Shown here piece by piece: positions 26,991-36,945 of a stretch of DNA of 64,000 nucleotides. The notes under the pieces were generated by a model, which did no database searches, was not told the DNA's origin, and was given only the letters and a program-made list of their open reading frames with translations. Source of the DNA: Longimicrobiales bacterium. Lineage in GTDB: Bacteria; Gemmatimonadota; Gemmatimonadetes; Longimicrobiales; RSA9. The translations under genes and the position numbers were made by a program. Location of the stretch: contig JAWODW010000089.1 in NCBI GenBank assembly GCA_046483065.1, forward strand, positions 96,403-160,402, in the 5' to 3' direction. The stretch's first letter is position 1. Every line of letters begins with the position of its first letter.

Positions 26991-28076
26991 ATGAGCAAGC
27001 GAATCGCCATCAGCACAGGCGGCGGCGACGCCCCCGGGTTGAACGCCGTGATCCGGGCCACGGTACTCTCGGCGGTGAACCGTGGCTGGGAGGTCTACGG
27101 GATCCGGAAAGGGTATGGCGGGCTGCTGGGCGAGGACGAGATCGTGCGGCTGGACTCCCAGGCGGTCCGGGGAATCACCCATGTGGGCGGCACGATCCTG
27201 GGCACCACGAACCGGGGCAACCCGTTCGAATGGCCGGTGGAGGACGACGACGGGACCACCCGTGTCATCGACCGGAGCGACGAGGTCATCGAGAACTTCA
27301 AGCGCCGTGAGTTCGACGCCATGGTGGCCATCGGCGGCGACGGCTCGCTCCATATCGCCAACGAGCTGTGGAAAAAGGGGCTGCCGGTGGTGGGGGTCCC
27401 GAAGACCATCGACAACGACCTGGCCGCCACCCAGGTCACCTTCGGGTTCCACACCGCAGTGCAGACCGCGTCGGAGGCGCTGGACAAGCTCCACTCAACG
27501 GCCGAGAGCCACGAGCGAGTCATGGTGGTGGAGCTCATGGGCCGCCACACCGGCTGGATCGCGCTCTTCGCCGGCGTCAGCGCCACGGCCGACGTGATCC
27601 TGATCCCCGAGATCCCGTACGACGTCGCGAAGGTGTGCGACAAGATCCGGGAGCGGGACGCCACCGGCCGCCTCTTCTCCATCGTGGTGGTGGCCGAGGG
27701 CGCGAAGCCGGTGGAGGGCGGTGCGTCATTGGCCGAGGAGGCCGGGCCCGGCAAGGAGGCCCGCTACGGCGGGATCGCAGAGCAGATCGCCCACCAGATC
27801 GCAGAGCGCACGGGCAAGGAGACCCGGTCGCTGGTCCTGGGACACCTGCAGCGCGGCGGGTCGCCCATCGCCTACGACCGGTTGATCGCGCTCCGGTTCG
27901 GCGCCGCCGCCGTGCGCTACGTGGCCGACGGCGCCTACGGCACCATGGTGGCGCTGGACCCACCCGGCGTCCGGGCCGTCCCGCTCGTGGAGGCCACCCG
28001 CAGGACCAAGGCGGTACCGCTGGACTCGGACGTGGTGGAAACCGCCCGGGACCTGGGGATCTCCTTCGGCGACTGA
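26991..28076 (+). CDS. pfkA: ATP-dependent 6-phosphofructokinase
   Basis: Motifs GGGDAPGLNAVIRA, IGGDGSL (Gly, not Asp, which suggests the ATP type) and PKTIDNDL. Confidence 0.9.
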   Translation: MSKRIAISTGGGDAPGLNAVIRATVLSAVNRGWEVYGIRKGYGGLLGEDEIVRLDSQAVRGITHVGGTILGTTNRGNPFEWPVEDDDGTTRVIDRSDEVIENFKRREFDAMVAIGGDGSLHIANELWKKGLPVVGVPKTIDNDLAATQVTFGFHTAVQTASEALDKLHSTAESHERVMVVELMGRHTGWIALFAGVSATADVILIPEIPYDVAKVCDKIRERDATGRLFSIVVVAEGAKPVEGGASLAEEAGPGKEARYGGIAEQIAHQIAERTGKETRSLVLGHLQRGGSPIAYDRLIALRFGAAAVRYVADGAYGTMVALDPPGVRAVPLVEATRRTKAVPLDSDVVETARDLGISFGD

Positions 28077-28097
28077 CGCGGGCGGGCCGGCAGGCTC

Positions 28098-28448
28098 CTA
28101 GTTGAGCCGGACCTCCACCGTCTCGCCCGTCTGCAGTACCACCGTCCGCCGGACGGTATGGGTGTCCTCCTCGTCCCGGGCGATGATGGTGATGGTGGTG
28201 GAGAAGCTCCCGTCCAGGATGAAGCGCTCCTCCCGATCGGGGCCCACGGTGCCCAGGAGCCGGGTGTCGGCGCCGTCGTCGATGGAGACGATCATGGGGT
28301 GGGGCATCTCATTGACCACCGCCACGGCGTAGCGCTGGCCGAGGTCGGCGTCCCTGGACATGCCGGCGCAGGCGGCGCCCGCGAAGGCGAGGAACGCGGC
28401 GAGGGCCAGGAGGCGAAGTCGTCGCATAGGGATCGGGTGCTCCTTCAT
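28098..28448 (-). CDS. Hypothetical lipoprotein
   Basis: LALAAFLAFAGAAC lipobox. The ATG shares one base with the upstream stop. Confidence 0.6.
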   Translation of the reverse strand: MKEHPIPMRRLRLLALAAFLAFAGAACAGMSRDADLGQRYAVAVVNEMPHPMIVSIDDGADTRLLGTVGPDREERFILDGSFSTTITIIARDEEDTHTVRRTVVLQTGETVEVRLN

Positions 28449-29173
28449 CAGGGTCTGTTCCAGTCGAGGGCACGGAACCGCTCACCGGTCACGCCCTCCG
28501 ATTCGCCGCTGGCGAGCCAGAGGAATACGCCCGTGGCGTCCTCCGGCGGGGCCGGCCTTTTCGGGTCCTCGTCGGGGTACGCTGCCCGGCGCATTTCCGT
28601 CCGCAGGCGGCCCGGGTCCACGATGTTGACGCGGATCCCGGCGTCTTCTTCCTCCAGCGCCAGGTTCTTCGACAGCGCTTCCACGCCCCATTTGCTGATG
28701 GCGTAGGCGCCCCAGCGTTTCCGTGCGATGTTCCCCACGCCGCTGGAGACGTTGATTATGGAGCCCCGTCCCGCTTCGCGCATCCCCGGCAGCACCGCCT
28801 GGATGGGGAGCAGCGTGCCCGTGACGTTGACGTCAAGCACCTCCCGCCATGCGTCCAGGGGGTGTTCCCGGAGCGGGACCCGGGGCCCGAGGATCGACGC
28901 GTTGTTCACCAGCGTGTCGATGGGGCCGAACCGCTCGGTGGCCCGGGCCACCAGCGAGGCCACGTCGGCCGCGTCGGAGACGTCCACGGCGCCCCACTCG
29001 ACCTCGGTCTCATCACGGAGCGACGCCGCCGCCGCGGCCATGCGGTCCTCGCCACGGGCGCACAGCACCAGCCGGGCACCGGCGTCGGCGAAGGCGTCGG
29101 CCAGCGCCCGGCCGAGGCCGCGCGACGCGCCGGTGATGAAGGCGGTGTGGCCGGAGAGGTCGACGGCGCTCAT
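28448..29173 (-). CDS. Short-chain dehydrogenase/reductase (SDR)
   Basis: TGASRGLG cofactor motif and catalytic YAISK (YxxxK). Confidence 0.88.
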   Translation of the reverse strand: MSAVDLSGHTAFITGASRGLGRALADAFADAGARLVLCARGEDRMAAAAASLRDETEVEWGAVDVSDAADVASLVARATERFGPIDTLVNNASILGPRVPLREHPLDAWREVLDVNVTGTLLPIQAVLPGMREAGRGSIINVSSGVGNIARKRWGAYAISKWGVEALSKNLALEEEDAGIRVNIVDPGRLRTEMRRAAYPDEDPKRPAPPEDATGVFLWLASGESEGVTGERFRALDWNRP

Positions 29174-29571
29174 CCGTTCGAGTCCCCGGAGGCGTCATCG
29201 GGCCGCGCGTCCTCGATGACGTCGGCCACGGCCCGGAGCTCGCGGCCGACCCGGACGAGCCGGTCCCGGGCGGTGAGGACGTAGGCGTAATCGAAGTAGG
29301 CGTTCACGGGGTCGTCCGCCCCCACGTACTGCTCCAGGATGAGTGCGTCCATACGCTCTTTCAGGTGGCCGAGGACCACGTCGAGGGCCCGCAGCAGCCG
29401 GTCCTGCTCGGTCAGGGAGGCTACGGACACGTCGCCCTGGAGCGGGAGCCGTTCGTCCAGCGCCGCGAGCGCCTCCGGTGGCGCGGCCACGCCCCCACGA
29501 CCGGCGTCGAGCATCCGCTCCGCCGCCGAGTTCAGCGCCGTGATCTCTTCGTATGTCAGCTCCAGGATCAT
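29170..29571 (-). CDS. Hypothetical protein
   Basis: The ATG at 29571 is preceded by GGGAG. The stop overlaps the SDR start (ATGA). No recognisable motif. Confidence 0.5.
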   Translation of the reverse strand: MILELTYEEITALNSAAERMLDAGRGGVAAPPEALAALDERLPLQGDVSVASLTEQDRLLRALDVVLGHLKERMDALILEQYVGADDPVNAYFDYAYVLTARDRLVRVGRELRAVADVIEDARPDDASGDSNG

Positions 29572-29677
29572 CCCGCTCCCACGCACATCCGGTGTCTATG
29601 CCGTCTACCGTTCAGGATACATGCCAGTGTCCCGGGGGTTCCTTCCGCTCCGCGGTCTCCCGTCGACATTCTGCCTG

Positions 29678-30421
29678 TCAGTCGGGACCGGCACCGAGCC
29701 AGTCGGCCAGCACGAGGCCGGCCAGGAGGTCCAGGACCACGTGAGCGATCATGGATGGGTACACGCTGCCGGTGATGAGGAACGGGGCCGTCAGGATGAG
29801 GCCCAGGAGGATGACCCGGAGTACGCCGAGCAGGCCCTGGTAGGCGTGGGTCACGGCGAAGGCGGCCACGCTGATGACCACGGCGATCGTCAGGCTGCCG
29901 GAAGCCTGGTGAATCGCGGCGATGAGAAAGCTCCGGAAGACCAGCTCCTCGGCGATGCCCGCGGACACGGAGAGCCCGGCAAAGGCAATCTTCTCCGGGG
30001 TGGTCCGGGGGATCAGGTAGTCCACCAGCTCGCTCTCGGAGACGTCCAGCGCCCGGCCGGCGGCCATGATAGTGAGGCCGGCCAGCGTGGTCAGTCCTGC
30101 CGAGCCCAGGAGCACGGCTGAGGAGATGGCCTCGAGGCGCAGGTCGGTGCGGGTAAGCCCGCTGTGCTGCGCCGCCAGCATGGCCAGGATCGCCATGATC
30201 CAGACGGCGAGGGCCGACGAGAAGTATACGCCCTCCCGCTCCGCCTCGGCGGGCAGCTGGTCGAGGAGCCGGGCCTGGAGGATCATGAGCGCCGGGAGCG
30301 GCCCGAGGAGGAAGGTGGTCAGCGCGCGGACCGGCCACGCCAGTCCGTGAAGACTGAGCCAGATCCCGAGCGTAACCACCAGGACCAGGAGCCCGAGCGC
30401 CCGGCCCAGAGCCCGGTTCAT
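29678..30421 (-). CDS. CPBP-family intramembrane glutamic endopeptidase (CAAX protease-like)
   Basis: Multi-TM protein with motifs EELVFRSFL and HAYQG. The ATG at 30421 overlaps the upstream stop (ATGA). Confidence 0.8.
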   Translation of the reverse strand: MNRALGRALGLLVLVVTLGIWLSLHGLAWPVRALTTFLLGPLPALMILQARLLDQLPAEAEREGVYFSSALAVWIMAILAMLAAQHSGLTRTDLRLEAISSAVLLGSAGLTTLAGLTIMAAGRALDVSESELVDYLIPRTTPEKIAFAGLSVSAGIAEELVFRSFLIAAIHQASGSLTIAVVISVAAFAVTHAYQGLLGVLRVILLGLILTAPFLITGSVYPSMIAHVVLDLLAGLVLADWLGAGPD

Positions 30422-31308
30422 GAGAGCCACCTCCGGGCCGCCGGCGCCAGGAGCGCCAGGACGGTTCCCGTCACGAGCCCGAGACCGGTGTCGACGGCGT
30501 AATGGACACCGGCGTACACGGCGCCCACGGCGATGCCCAGGGTGGCGAGCGCCAGGATCGGCGCGCTGGCGGGCATCTGTCGCAGGGCGTTCCCCGTCTG
30601 CACGGCCGAGAGGGCCACGTGGGAGGACGGGAACGCCGTCCCCGCGCTGGCGCCGTGCCCGAGCACGAAATGGACGCCGGCATAGAACAGACCGTCCGAG
30701 ACCGGTTCCCCCGGGGCAGGGAAGACGAAGTACGGACCCTTGACCGGGAAATATACGAACACGGTGTAATGGATGGTGAAGGCCAGGAGCATGGCGAACA
30801 CGGTCTGGTGGAACGCTTCCCGCCCCCGTCGGATGTAGACCACGGCAGGGTACACGTAGAGGATGGCGAAATAGGACAGATACGCCAGGTGCAGCGGCTC
30901 CGACACCCACGGCGATGGCCAGCGCCGGGCCATGGTGACCGATGGCTGCCCGCCGAAGACGGTCTCCTCCCAGCCCTGCACCATGAGGTCGAAGTAATGG
31001 CCGCCCCAGGCGGCGGTGTTCAGGATCGGGAGCTCCAGGTAGAGGCAGGGCATCACCACGAGCGGATACCAGTCGATGAGCAGGCCCGTCCAGCGGCGCC
31101 GTCGCGATGTACCGGGCGCGGTGGCGTGGGCCGCGAACTGGTGGATGGGGTCCAGCTTGCCGGCCAGGAGAGCGGTGCCCACGCTCAGGTGGACGAGGAG
31201 GAGCAGGAGGCCTACGGGGGTGGTGTGGGGCGGGGCCAGGGCCAGCCCCGCAAGGATGAGGTACCCGCCGATTACGCGGTCGACGGGCCGTGCGATGGAG
31301 TCAGCCAA
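30418..31308 (-). CDS. PAP2_3 (Aur1/IPC-synthase-like) membrane phosphotransferase/phosphatase
   Basis: Multi-TM protein with PAP2 motifs FPSSHVA and GVHYAVD. Start is uncertain (TTG 31308 proposed, track start 31416). Confidence 0.65.
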   Translation of the reverse strand: MADSIARPVDRVIGGYLILAGLALAPPHTTPVGLLLLLVHLSVGTALLAGKLDPIHQFAAHATAPGTSRRRRWTGLLIDWYPLVVMPCLYLELPILNTAAWGGHYFDLMVQGWEETVFGGQPSVTMARRWPSPWVSEPLHLAYLSYFAILYVYPAVVYIRRGREAFHQTVFAMLLAFTIHYTVFVYFPVKGPYFVFPAPGEPVSDGLFYAGVHFVLGHGASAGTAFPSSHVALSAVQTGNALRQMPASAPILALATLGIAVGAVYAGVHYAVDTGLGLVTGTVLALLAPAARRWLS

Positions 31309-32425
31309 GCTCCTGGCCGTACACGCGGTACGTCTTGAAGACGTGCGCACCCATGCGCTCCATCCCCCGGCGCATCCCCCAGTTGTCCTCGAGGATCCAG
31401 CCGGCCTCCGCGCCATCGATCCCTACCTCCATCCCGTTTTCGAACATGCGGAGGTAGAAGAGCGCATCGATGCCCTTCCGCCGGTATTCGGGCTTCAGCC
31501 CCAGGGTGAAGACCCGGACCCGGTCGATCTTCCGGCGATACCAGAGCAGCTTGAAGATCCCGAAAGGGAAGAGGCGGCCGTTCACGTGCTTCAGCGCCTG
31601 GTTGTAGTCGGGCAGCCCCAGTGCAAAGCCCACCGGCCGGCCGTGGACCTCCGCCATGAAGGCAAACCGCTCGTCGATGATGGGCTTCAGCTCTTCGGCC
31701 AGGTGCCGGATCTCGGCGTCGGTCAGCGGCGCGAACCCCCAGTTCCTCTCCCACGCGCTGTTGTAGATTTCCTTGACCAGCTCCACCTCTTCATCCAGGC
31801 GCTTCAGCTCGACCTGTCGGACCACGAGGCCGTCGATACGGCTGGTCATCCGCTTCACGCCCTTCACCAGCCGCTCCGGCGGTGCAGTGGACTTGAGCCA
31901 GTAGGAGAGGAGGTCCCTGGCTTTCTCCCACCCCGCACCCTCGAACAGCGCGCGATAGTACGGCGGGTTGTGGCCCATGAGCAGGGCGGGCGGCTCGTGG
32001 TAGTTGTCCAGGAGCACGCCGGGGCTGTAGAGCTCGTCGTTGGTGGACAGGTTGAACGGCCCGATCGCGCGGGTCATCTGCCGCTCGCGGAGCCAGTCCG
32101 AGGCGGTCTCCAGAAGCAGGTCGGCCACGGCCTGATCGTCCATGGACTCGAACAGCCCGATGAAGCCCGTCCGGGTCTGGTGGAACTCGTTGTACCGGTG
32201 ATTCACGGCCGCGGCGATGCGGCCCACCACCTCGCCGTCCCGGACCGCTAAGAAGAACTCGGTGTCCGCGTGCTGCTGGAACGGGTGGTCCGCGTCCATG
32301 AGCTTGCGGACGTCGGACATCAGCGGTGGAACCCACGCGTCGTCGTTCGCGTAGACGTGCCAGGGGAACCGGATGAAGCGGTTCCGGCCGGCCCGGTCCC
32401 GGACGGGGACCACTACTGTGCTCAT
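31301..32425 (-). CDS. GNAT-fold acyltransferase (candidate N-acyltransferase of the lipid cluster)
   Basis: 374 aa starting at MSTVVVPV, 2 nt after the upstream stop. Acyl-CoA binding motif A-like YRRKGIDAL. Confidence 0.7.
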   Translation of the reverse strand: MSTVVVPVRDRAGRNRFIRFPWHVYANDDAWVPPLMSDVRKLMDADHPFQQHADTEFFLAVRDGEVVGRIAAAVNHRYNEFHQTRTGFIGLFESMDDQAVADLLLETASDWLRERQMTRAIGPFNLSTNDELYSPGVLLDNYHEPPALLMGHNPPYYRALFEGAGWEKARDLLSYWLKSTAPPERLVKGVKRMTSRIDGLVVRQVELKRLDEEVELVKEIYNSAWERNWGFAPLTDAEIRHLAEELKPIIDERFAFMAEVHGRPVGFALGLPDYNQALKHVNGRLFPFGIFKLLWYRRKIDRVRVFTLGLKPEYRRKGIDALFYLRMFENGMEVGIDGAEAGWILEDNWGMRRGMERMGAHVFKTYRVYGQELG

Positions 32426-32427
32426 GG

Positions 32428-33612
32428 CTATAGGACGGCCATCGCTTTCCCGACCTGGGCGAATGCCTCCAGGACCTGGTCGACATGGTGGTCCTCGTGG
32501 GTCGCCATGAGCGAGATCCGCAGCCGGCACGAGTCCTCGGGGACGGCCGGCGGCGTGACCGGGTTCGTGAAGACGCCGGCGTCGAAGATCTCCTTCCAGA
32601 AGACCAGCATCCGGTCGAGCTCGCCGATCACCACCGGGACCACCGGTGTCTCGCTAGTGCCTATGTCATAGCCCAGCGCCTTCAGCCCTTCCTGCATCCG
32701 GCGGGTATTGTGCCAGAGCTTCTCGACCCGTTCCGGCTCCGACCGGAGCACGTCCAGCGCCGCCTGCACCGTGGCCACGGCCGACGGTGGCATACTGGCG
32801 CTGAAAATCAGGGGTCGGGCGTGGTGCTTCAGGTAGTGGATCACGGGCTCCGGCCCCGCCACCACACCGCCGATGGAGGCCAGCGACTTGGAGAACGTGG
32901 TCACGATCAGGTCCACGTCGTCCACCAGCCCGTAGTGCTCGGCGGTGCCGGCGCCGCGGGCGCCCAGGACGCCGAAGGCGTGGGCGTCGTCCACCACCAC
33001 CTTGGCGTTGTACTTCTTGCCGAGCTCCGTGAGGCTCGGGAGATCGGCGATATCACCCTCCATGGAGAAAATGCCATCGGTGATGATCATCTTCCCGGCA
33101 TCCTCGGGCACCTTCTTCAGGAGCCGCTCCAGGTCCGCCATGTCGCTGTGGTGATACTTGTGGGTCTCGCCGTGCGAGAGCCGGCAGCCGTCCACGATGC
33201 TGGCGTGGTTCAACCGGTCGCTGAAGATGTGCTCGTTGCGCCCCACCAGCGCCCCGATCACGCCCAGGTTCGTCTGGAAGCCCGTGCTGAAGATCAGCGC
33301 GTCCTCCTTGCCCAGGAATTCCGCCAGGTCCTGTTCCAGCTGCTCGTGCAGGTCCAGCGTGCCGTTCAGGAACCGGCTGCCGGTACACCCGCTCCCGTAT
33401 TGACGCAGGGCAGCGTCGGCCGCGGCCATGACCTTCGGGTGGTGGGTCAGGCCCAGGTAGTTGTTGGACCCGACCATGATCTTCCGGTGGCCCTCCACCA
33501 CCACCTCGGTGTCATGGGAGTTCTCTATGGCCCGGAAATACGGGTAGTACCCGGACGCCTGGACCTCCCGGGCCTGCGTATAGTTACGGCACTTTTCGAA
33601 TAGACTCATCAA
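32428..33612 (-). CDS. spt: Serine palmitoyltransferase-like alpha-oxoamine synthase (PLP-dependent)
   Basis: GSGCTGSRFLNGT closely resembles the SPT GSGTNGSRMLNGT block. PLP-Lys context TFSKSLASIGG. Also VTPPAVP and RLRISLMATH. KBL, BioF or CapB-type activity cannot be excluded. Confidence 0.75.
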   Translation of the reverse strand: MMSLFEKCRNYTQAREVQASGYYPYFRAIENSHDTEVVVEGHRKIMVGSNNYLGLTHHPKVMAAADAALRQYGSGCTGSRFLNGTLDLHEQLEQDLAEFLGKEDALIFSTGFQTNLGVIGALVGRNEHIFSDRLNHASIVDGCRLSHGETHKYHHSDMADLERLLKKVPEDAGKMIITDGIFSMEGDIADLPSLTELGKKYNAKVVVDDAHAFGVLGARGAGTAEHYGLVDDVDLIVTTFSKSLASIGGVVAGPEPVIHYLKHHARPLIFSASMPPSAVATVQAALDVLRSEPERVEKLWHNTRRMQEGLKALGYDIGTSETPVVPVVIGELDRMLVFWKEIFDAGVFTNPVTPPAVPEDSCRLRISLMATHEDHHVDQVLEAFAQVGKAMAVL

Positions 33613-33638
33613 CCCCCCGATCTCATCACTTCAGCGAC

Positions 33639-34604
33639 TCACAGCCAGCCGTACGTTCGGTACCAGTCGGCGGTTTCCCGCAATCCGTCTGCCAGGACCA
33701 CCTCCGCCTCGAAGCCCAGCTCCTGTCGAGCCGTCTCTGTCTCGCATAGCCATTCCGCCATCAGTTCCTTCGCCTTGTCCCGGTCGAATATGACCGGCCG
33801 GCGCGTCAGCCGGGCCACGCCTTCCGACACCGCTGCCGCAGTCTTCACCACCGCGACGGGCACGCGAATCCGGCGCCCGCGTCGGCCCATCGTTTCGGCC
33901 ATCAGCCCCAGGATCTCGTCCCAGGCGTAGGCTCGGGGCTCCGCCACATGGTAGACGCCCGTGGCGCCCCGGACGTTCGCCGCCGCCACCATGGCCGCGG
34001 CCAGGTCCCCGGCGTGGACCAGCTGAACCCTCCGGTCCGGCGGCCCCACAACCGGGAGGATGCCGGAGCGGGCGAGCCGGAAGAAGGGCAGCAGGTCCCG
34101 ATCCCGGGGGCCGTAAACCGCCGGGGCGCGGATCACCGCGCCGCCCGCCGCCCGCTCGAGCACGGCTCGCTCCCCTGCCCGCTTGCTCCGGCCGTACGCG
34201 GTGAGCGGTCGGGGCTCGTCCCCCGGTCGGACCGGCCGGCCCTCCGCGGGTCCGACCGCCGCCAGAGAGCTGAGATAAACCAGTCGCTGGTCGCCGCCCT
34301 CCGCTTTGAGAGCAGCGACGAGATTCTCCGTCCCTTTCGCGTTGATCCTGTGAAACGTGTCCGCGTCGAGCGCTCGCGTCGCGGCGGCCATGTGGAGCAC
34401 CGTGCGGGTGCCCGCGACCGCCTTCCGGAGCGAGGCCTCGTCGCCCAGACTGCCCATCACCGTCTCGAACCCGTGCCTGTCCAGGAACGAGGTATCGCTG
34501 GTCTCGCGTACGAGGACCCGCGCTCGGGCGCCCTGTGCCGCCAGCGCTTCGACGAGGTGCGACCCGACGAACCCGGTCGCGCCGGTGATGAGAATATCCG
34601 TCAC
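33639..34604 (-). CDS. NAD(P)-dependent epimerase/dehydratase-family reductase
   Basis: ILITGATGFVGSHL Rossmann motif and catalytic YGRSK. GTG 34604 is proposed because the upstream 41 codons look non-coding. Confidence 0.78.
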   Translation of the reverse strand: MTDILITGATGFVGSHLVEALAAQGARARVLVRETSDTSFLDRHGFETVMGSLGDEASLRKAVAGTRTVLHMAAATRALDADTFHRINAKGTENLVAALKAEGGDQRLVYLSSLAAVGPAEGRPVRPGDEPRPLTAYGRSKRAGERAVLERAAGGAVIRAPAVYGPRDRDLLPFFRLARSGILPVVGPPDRRVQLVHAGDLAAAMVAAANVRGATGVYHVAEPRAYAWDEILGLMAETMGRRGRRIRVPVAVVKTAAAVSEGVARLTRRPVIFDRDKAKELMAEWLCETETARQELGFEAEVVLADGLRETADWYRTYGWL

Positions 34605-34741
34605 AACGTGCCGTTGAAGGTGGGCGCCCGATCCCAAAAAGGCAATGACGGGAGTGGCTCCCCGATGGGACGGGACTTGCACGCGCTGGGGGCTGCGACC
34701 AGCTTTCCCGACCCCGAACTCGCGCACCGAAGGAGGACCCC

Positions 34742-35020
34742 GTGGCGCTTCTCGATGAGCAGCAGATCCGCGCTGGACTCGACCACCTGCACGGCTGGAC
34801 CCGTGAGGGCGACGTGATCCGCAAGACGTTCACGCTGGACTCCTTCCCGGAGGCCATTGAATTCGTGAACCGGATCGCCGAGCGGGCCGAGGCGGCGGAC
34901 CATCATCCGGATATCGACATCCGGTACGACCGTGTGGCGTGCGCCCTGTCCACCCATAGTGAGGGAGGGCTCACGGTAAAGGACTTCGACATGGCGGCGG
35001 AGATCGACGAGCTCCGCTGA
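34742..35020 (+). CDS. phhB: Pterin-4-alpha-carbinolamine dehydratase
   Basis: 92 aa with the HHPDIDIRYDRV motif and W..(E/R)G..I.K.F context. Confidence 0.85.
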   Translation: MALLDEQQIRAGLDHLHGWTREGDVIRKTFTLDSFPEAIEFVNRIAERAEAADHHPDIDIRYDRVACALSTHSEGGLTVKDFDMAAEIDELR

Positions 35021-35027
35021 GGGCCCG

Positions 35028-36347
35028 TCACGACGCCACGTCCGCCAACAGCGTTGCCACCACGTCCACGGTGTGATCGAGCTGCGCCTCCGTGATGGTG
35101 AGCGGGGGCGTGAACGCCAGCGCCGCACCCTCGGGGAGGAGGATCACGCCTTCGCGAAGCGCCGCCGCGGCGAGCCGGGCGGCCGTGCCCTCGGGACCGG
35201 TCACCGACAGCGCCCGCATCAGCCCCAGGCCCCGGGCCGACCGCGCCGCCGGGTACCGGGCCACCAGCGTATCCAGCGCTTCGCCCAGCCGACGGCCGAG
35301 CCGGTCCGCGCGCTCCACCAGCCCCCGGCCCTCGATTTCGTCGAGGTGGGTCAGTGCCGCCGCACACGAGACCGGGTTCCCGAGGAACGTGCTCGTGTGG
35401 ATCGCCTCGCCGGCCGATGGCGGCCACGCGTCCATGGCCGCGGGCGAGCCCACCACGGCGCTCAGCGGGAGCCCACCGGCCAGCGACTTCCCCAGCACAA
35501 GCAGGTCGGGCACCACGTCCCAGTGCTGGCAGGCGAACCATCGCCCCGTACGGCCCAGCCCCGTGTAGACCTCGTCGGCGATCAGGAGCACGTCCTCGGC
35601 GTCGCACAGCTGTCGGAGCCCCGGGAGGAACGCCGGCGGCGGCACCACGATTCCGCCCCGTCCCTGCACCGGCTCCACGATCACGGCGCCCACCGGGTGT
35701 GGCCCCGACCGAGCGACCTCGATGGCGCCGCCCACGGCGTCCAGCGAGGCGTCGGTGCCGTCGGTCCCTGCCCCGGGGAACGGCGCGAACCGGACGCCGT
35801 CGAAGAGCTGGTCGGCGAAGGGCGCCCGGAACCGCTCGCCGGACGTGACGCTGAGAGCTCCGTAGCCGAGCCCGTGGTAACCGCCGTGGAACGCCACGAT
35901 GCCGGGCCGGCCCGTGGCCATGACGGCCGTCTTGAGCGCCGATTCCACGGCGTCGCTACCGTTGGCCGAGAGGATCGAGACCGAGAGGTCGCCGGGGGCC
36001 AGAGCCGCGAGCCGCTCCAGCAGCGTGACCTTCACGTCCGCGGGGTGCACGTCGCCCATGGCGTGGGGCAGGCGACGGAACTGGTCGGCGACCGCCCCGG
36101 CCACCGCCGGGTTCCCGTGGCCCGCAGCGCTCACCCCGAAGCCGGCGGTAAGGTCGATGTAGACGTTCCCGTCGGCGTCCTGCACGTTCGCGCCGGCGGC
36201 CTCCGCCCAGAAGATCGGCCCGGCGCCGCCCAGCGCGGTGATGTTCCGGCTCTCCACCGCGCCGAGCCGCTCCGCCAGCTCCCGGGATCGAGGGCCGGGG
36301 ATCGGGGTGTGGAGCCGGGGGAGCTCCTCGCCCGGCGCGTTCATCAT
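35028..36347 (-). CDS. Class III (omega) aminotransferase
   Basis: DEVYTGLGRTG...LVLGKSLAGGLP contains the PLP Lys. Length and N-terminal pattern fit the family. Confidence 0.85.
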   Translation of the reverse strand: MMNAPGEELPRLHTPIPGPRSRELAERLGAVESRNITALGGAGPIFWAEAAGANVQDADGNVYIDLTAGFGVSAAGHGNPAVAGAVADQFRRLPHAMGDVHPADVKVTLLERLAALAPGDLSVSILSANGSDAVESALKTAVMATGRPGIVAFHGGYHGLGYGALSVTSGERFRAPFADQLFDGVRFAPFPGAGTDGTDASLDAVGGAIEVARSGPHPVGAVIVEPVQGRGGIVVPPPAFLPGLRQLCDAEDVLLIADEVYTGLGRTGRWFACQHWDVVPDLLVLGKSLAGGLPLSAVVGSPAAMDAWPPSAGEAIHTSTFLGNPVSCAAALTHLDEIEGRGLVERADRLGRRLGEALDTLVARYPAARSARGLGLMRALSVTGPEGTAARLAAAALREGVILLPEGAALAFTPPLTITEAQLDHTVDVVATLLADVAS

Positions 36348-36351
36348 CCGG

Positions 36352-36762
36352 TCAGTAGCGCTCGGCCAGGTAGGTGATCACGGCGCCCAGGATCAGCCCG
36401 GCGATGAACGTGGCGCCCAGGACCGGGCCGCTACCGGCCTTGGGCAGCCGGCGCGCCGTGGCCGGCTCCGTCGGCCCCCCGGCCGTGGTCTCACCCTCGG
36501 CGGCGGCCTCGGCGGCGGCCTCGTCGAGCTCGGTCGCGAACTGGCACGCCGGGCATTCGGCCTCCTGGTTCTCCAGCGCCGTCCTGTTGCGGAAGCCCAG
36601 GGGCGCCCCACATTCCGGGCAGCGGTGTCCGGCGGGTCGGGGCTCGATCCCGTCGTAGAGGGCCCGACGAGAGATGTCGAGCTGATCGGCGATTTCGGAC
36701 ACTGACGCATCCGTCTCCCAGTAGAGGCGGTTGAGCTCAGCGGCCGTGTTTGAGTCCGCCAT
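36352..36762 (-). CDS. Hypothetical HTH / zinc-ribbon / C-terminal TM protein
   Basis: SVSEIADQLDISRRALY (HTH-like), CPEC...CPAC, and terminal TM segment VLGATFIAGLILGAVITYL. Confidence 0.55.
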   Translation of the reverse strand: MADSNTAAELNRLYWETDASVSEIADQLDISRRALYDGIEPRPAGHRCPECGAPLGFRNRTALENQEAECPACQFATELDEAAAEAAAEGETTAGGPTEPATARRLPKAGSGPVLGATFIAGLILGAVITYLAERY

Positions 36763-36945
36763 GGTTGGCTCCCGTACGGTGGATGGGTGCAGCGGTCAAG
36801 ATAGAAACGTCGCAAGGCGTGGACCAGAGGCCGGGCGTGGCGGGTCGGGGCGCCGACCGGGAAACCCTCTGTCTCCCACGCGCGTAGGGCACAGAGCGAG
36901 ACGAGTTCGACGAGGTCAGAGAGAAGGTAGGCAGCCATTTCATCC

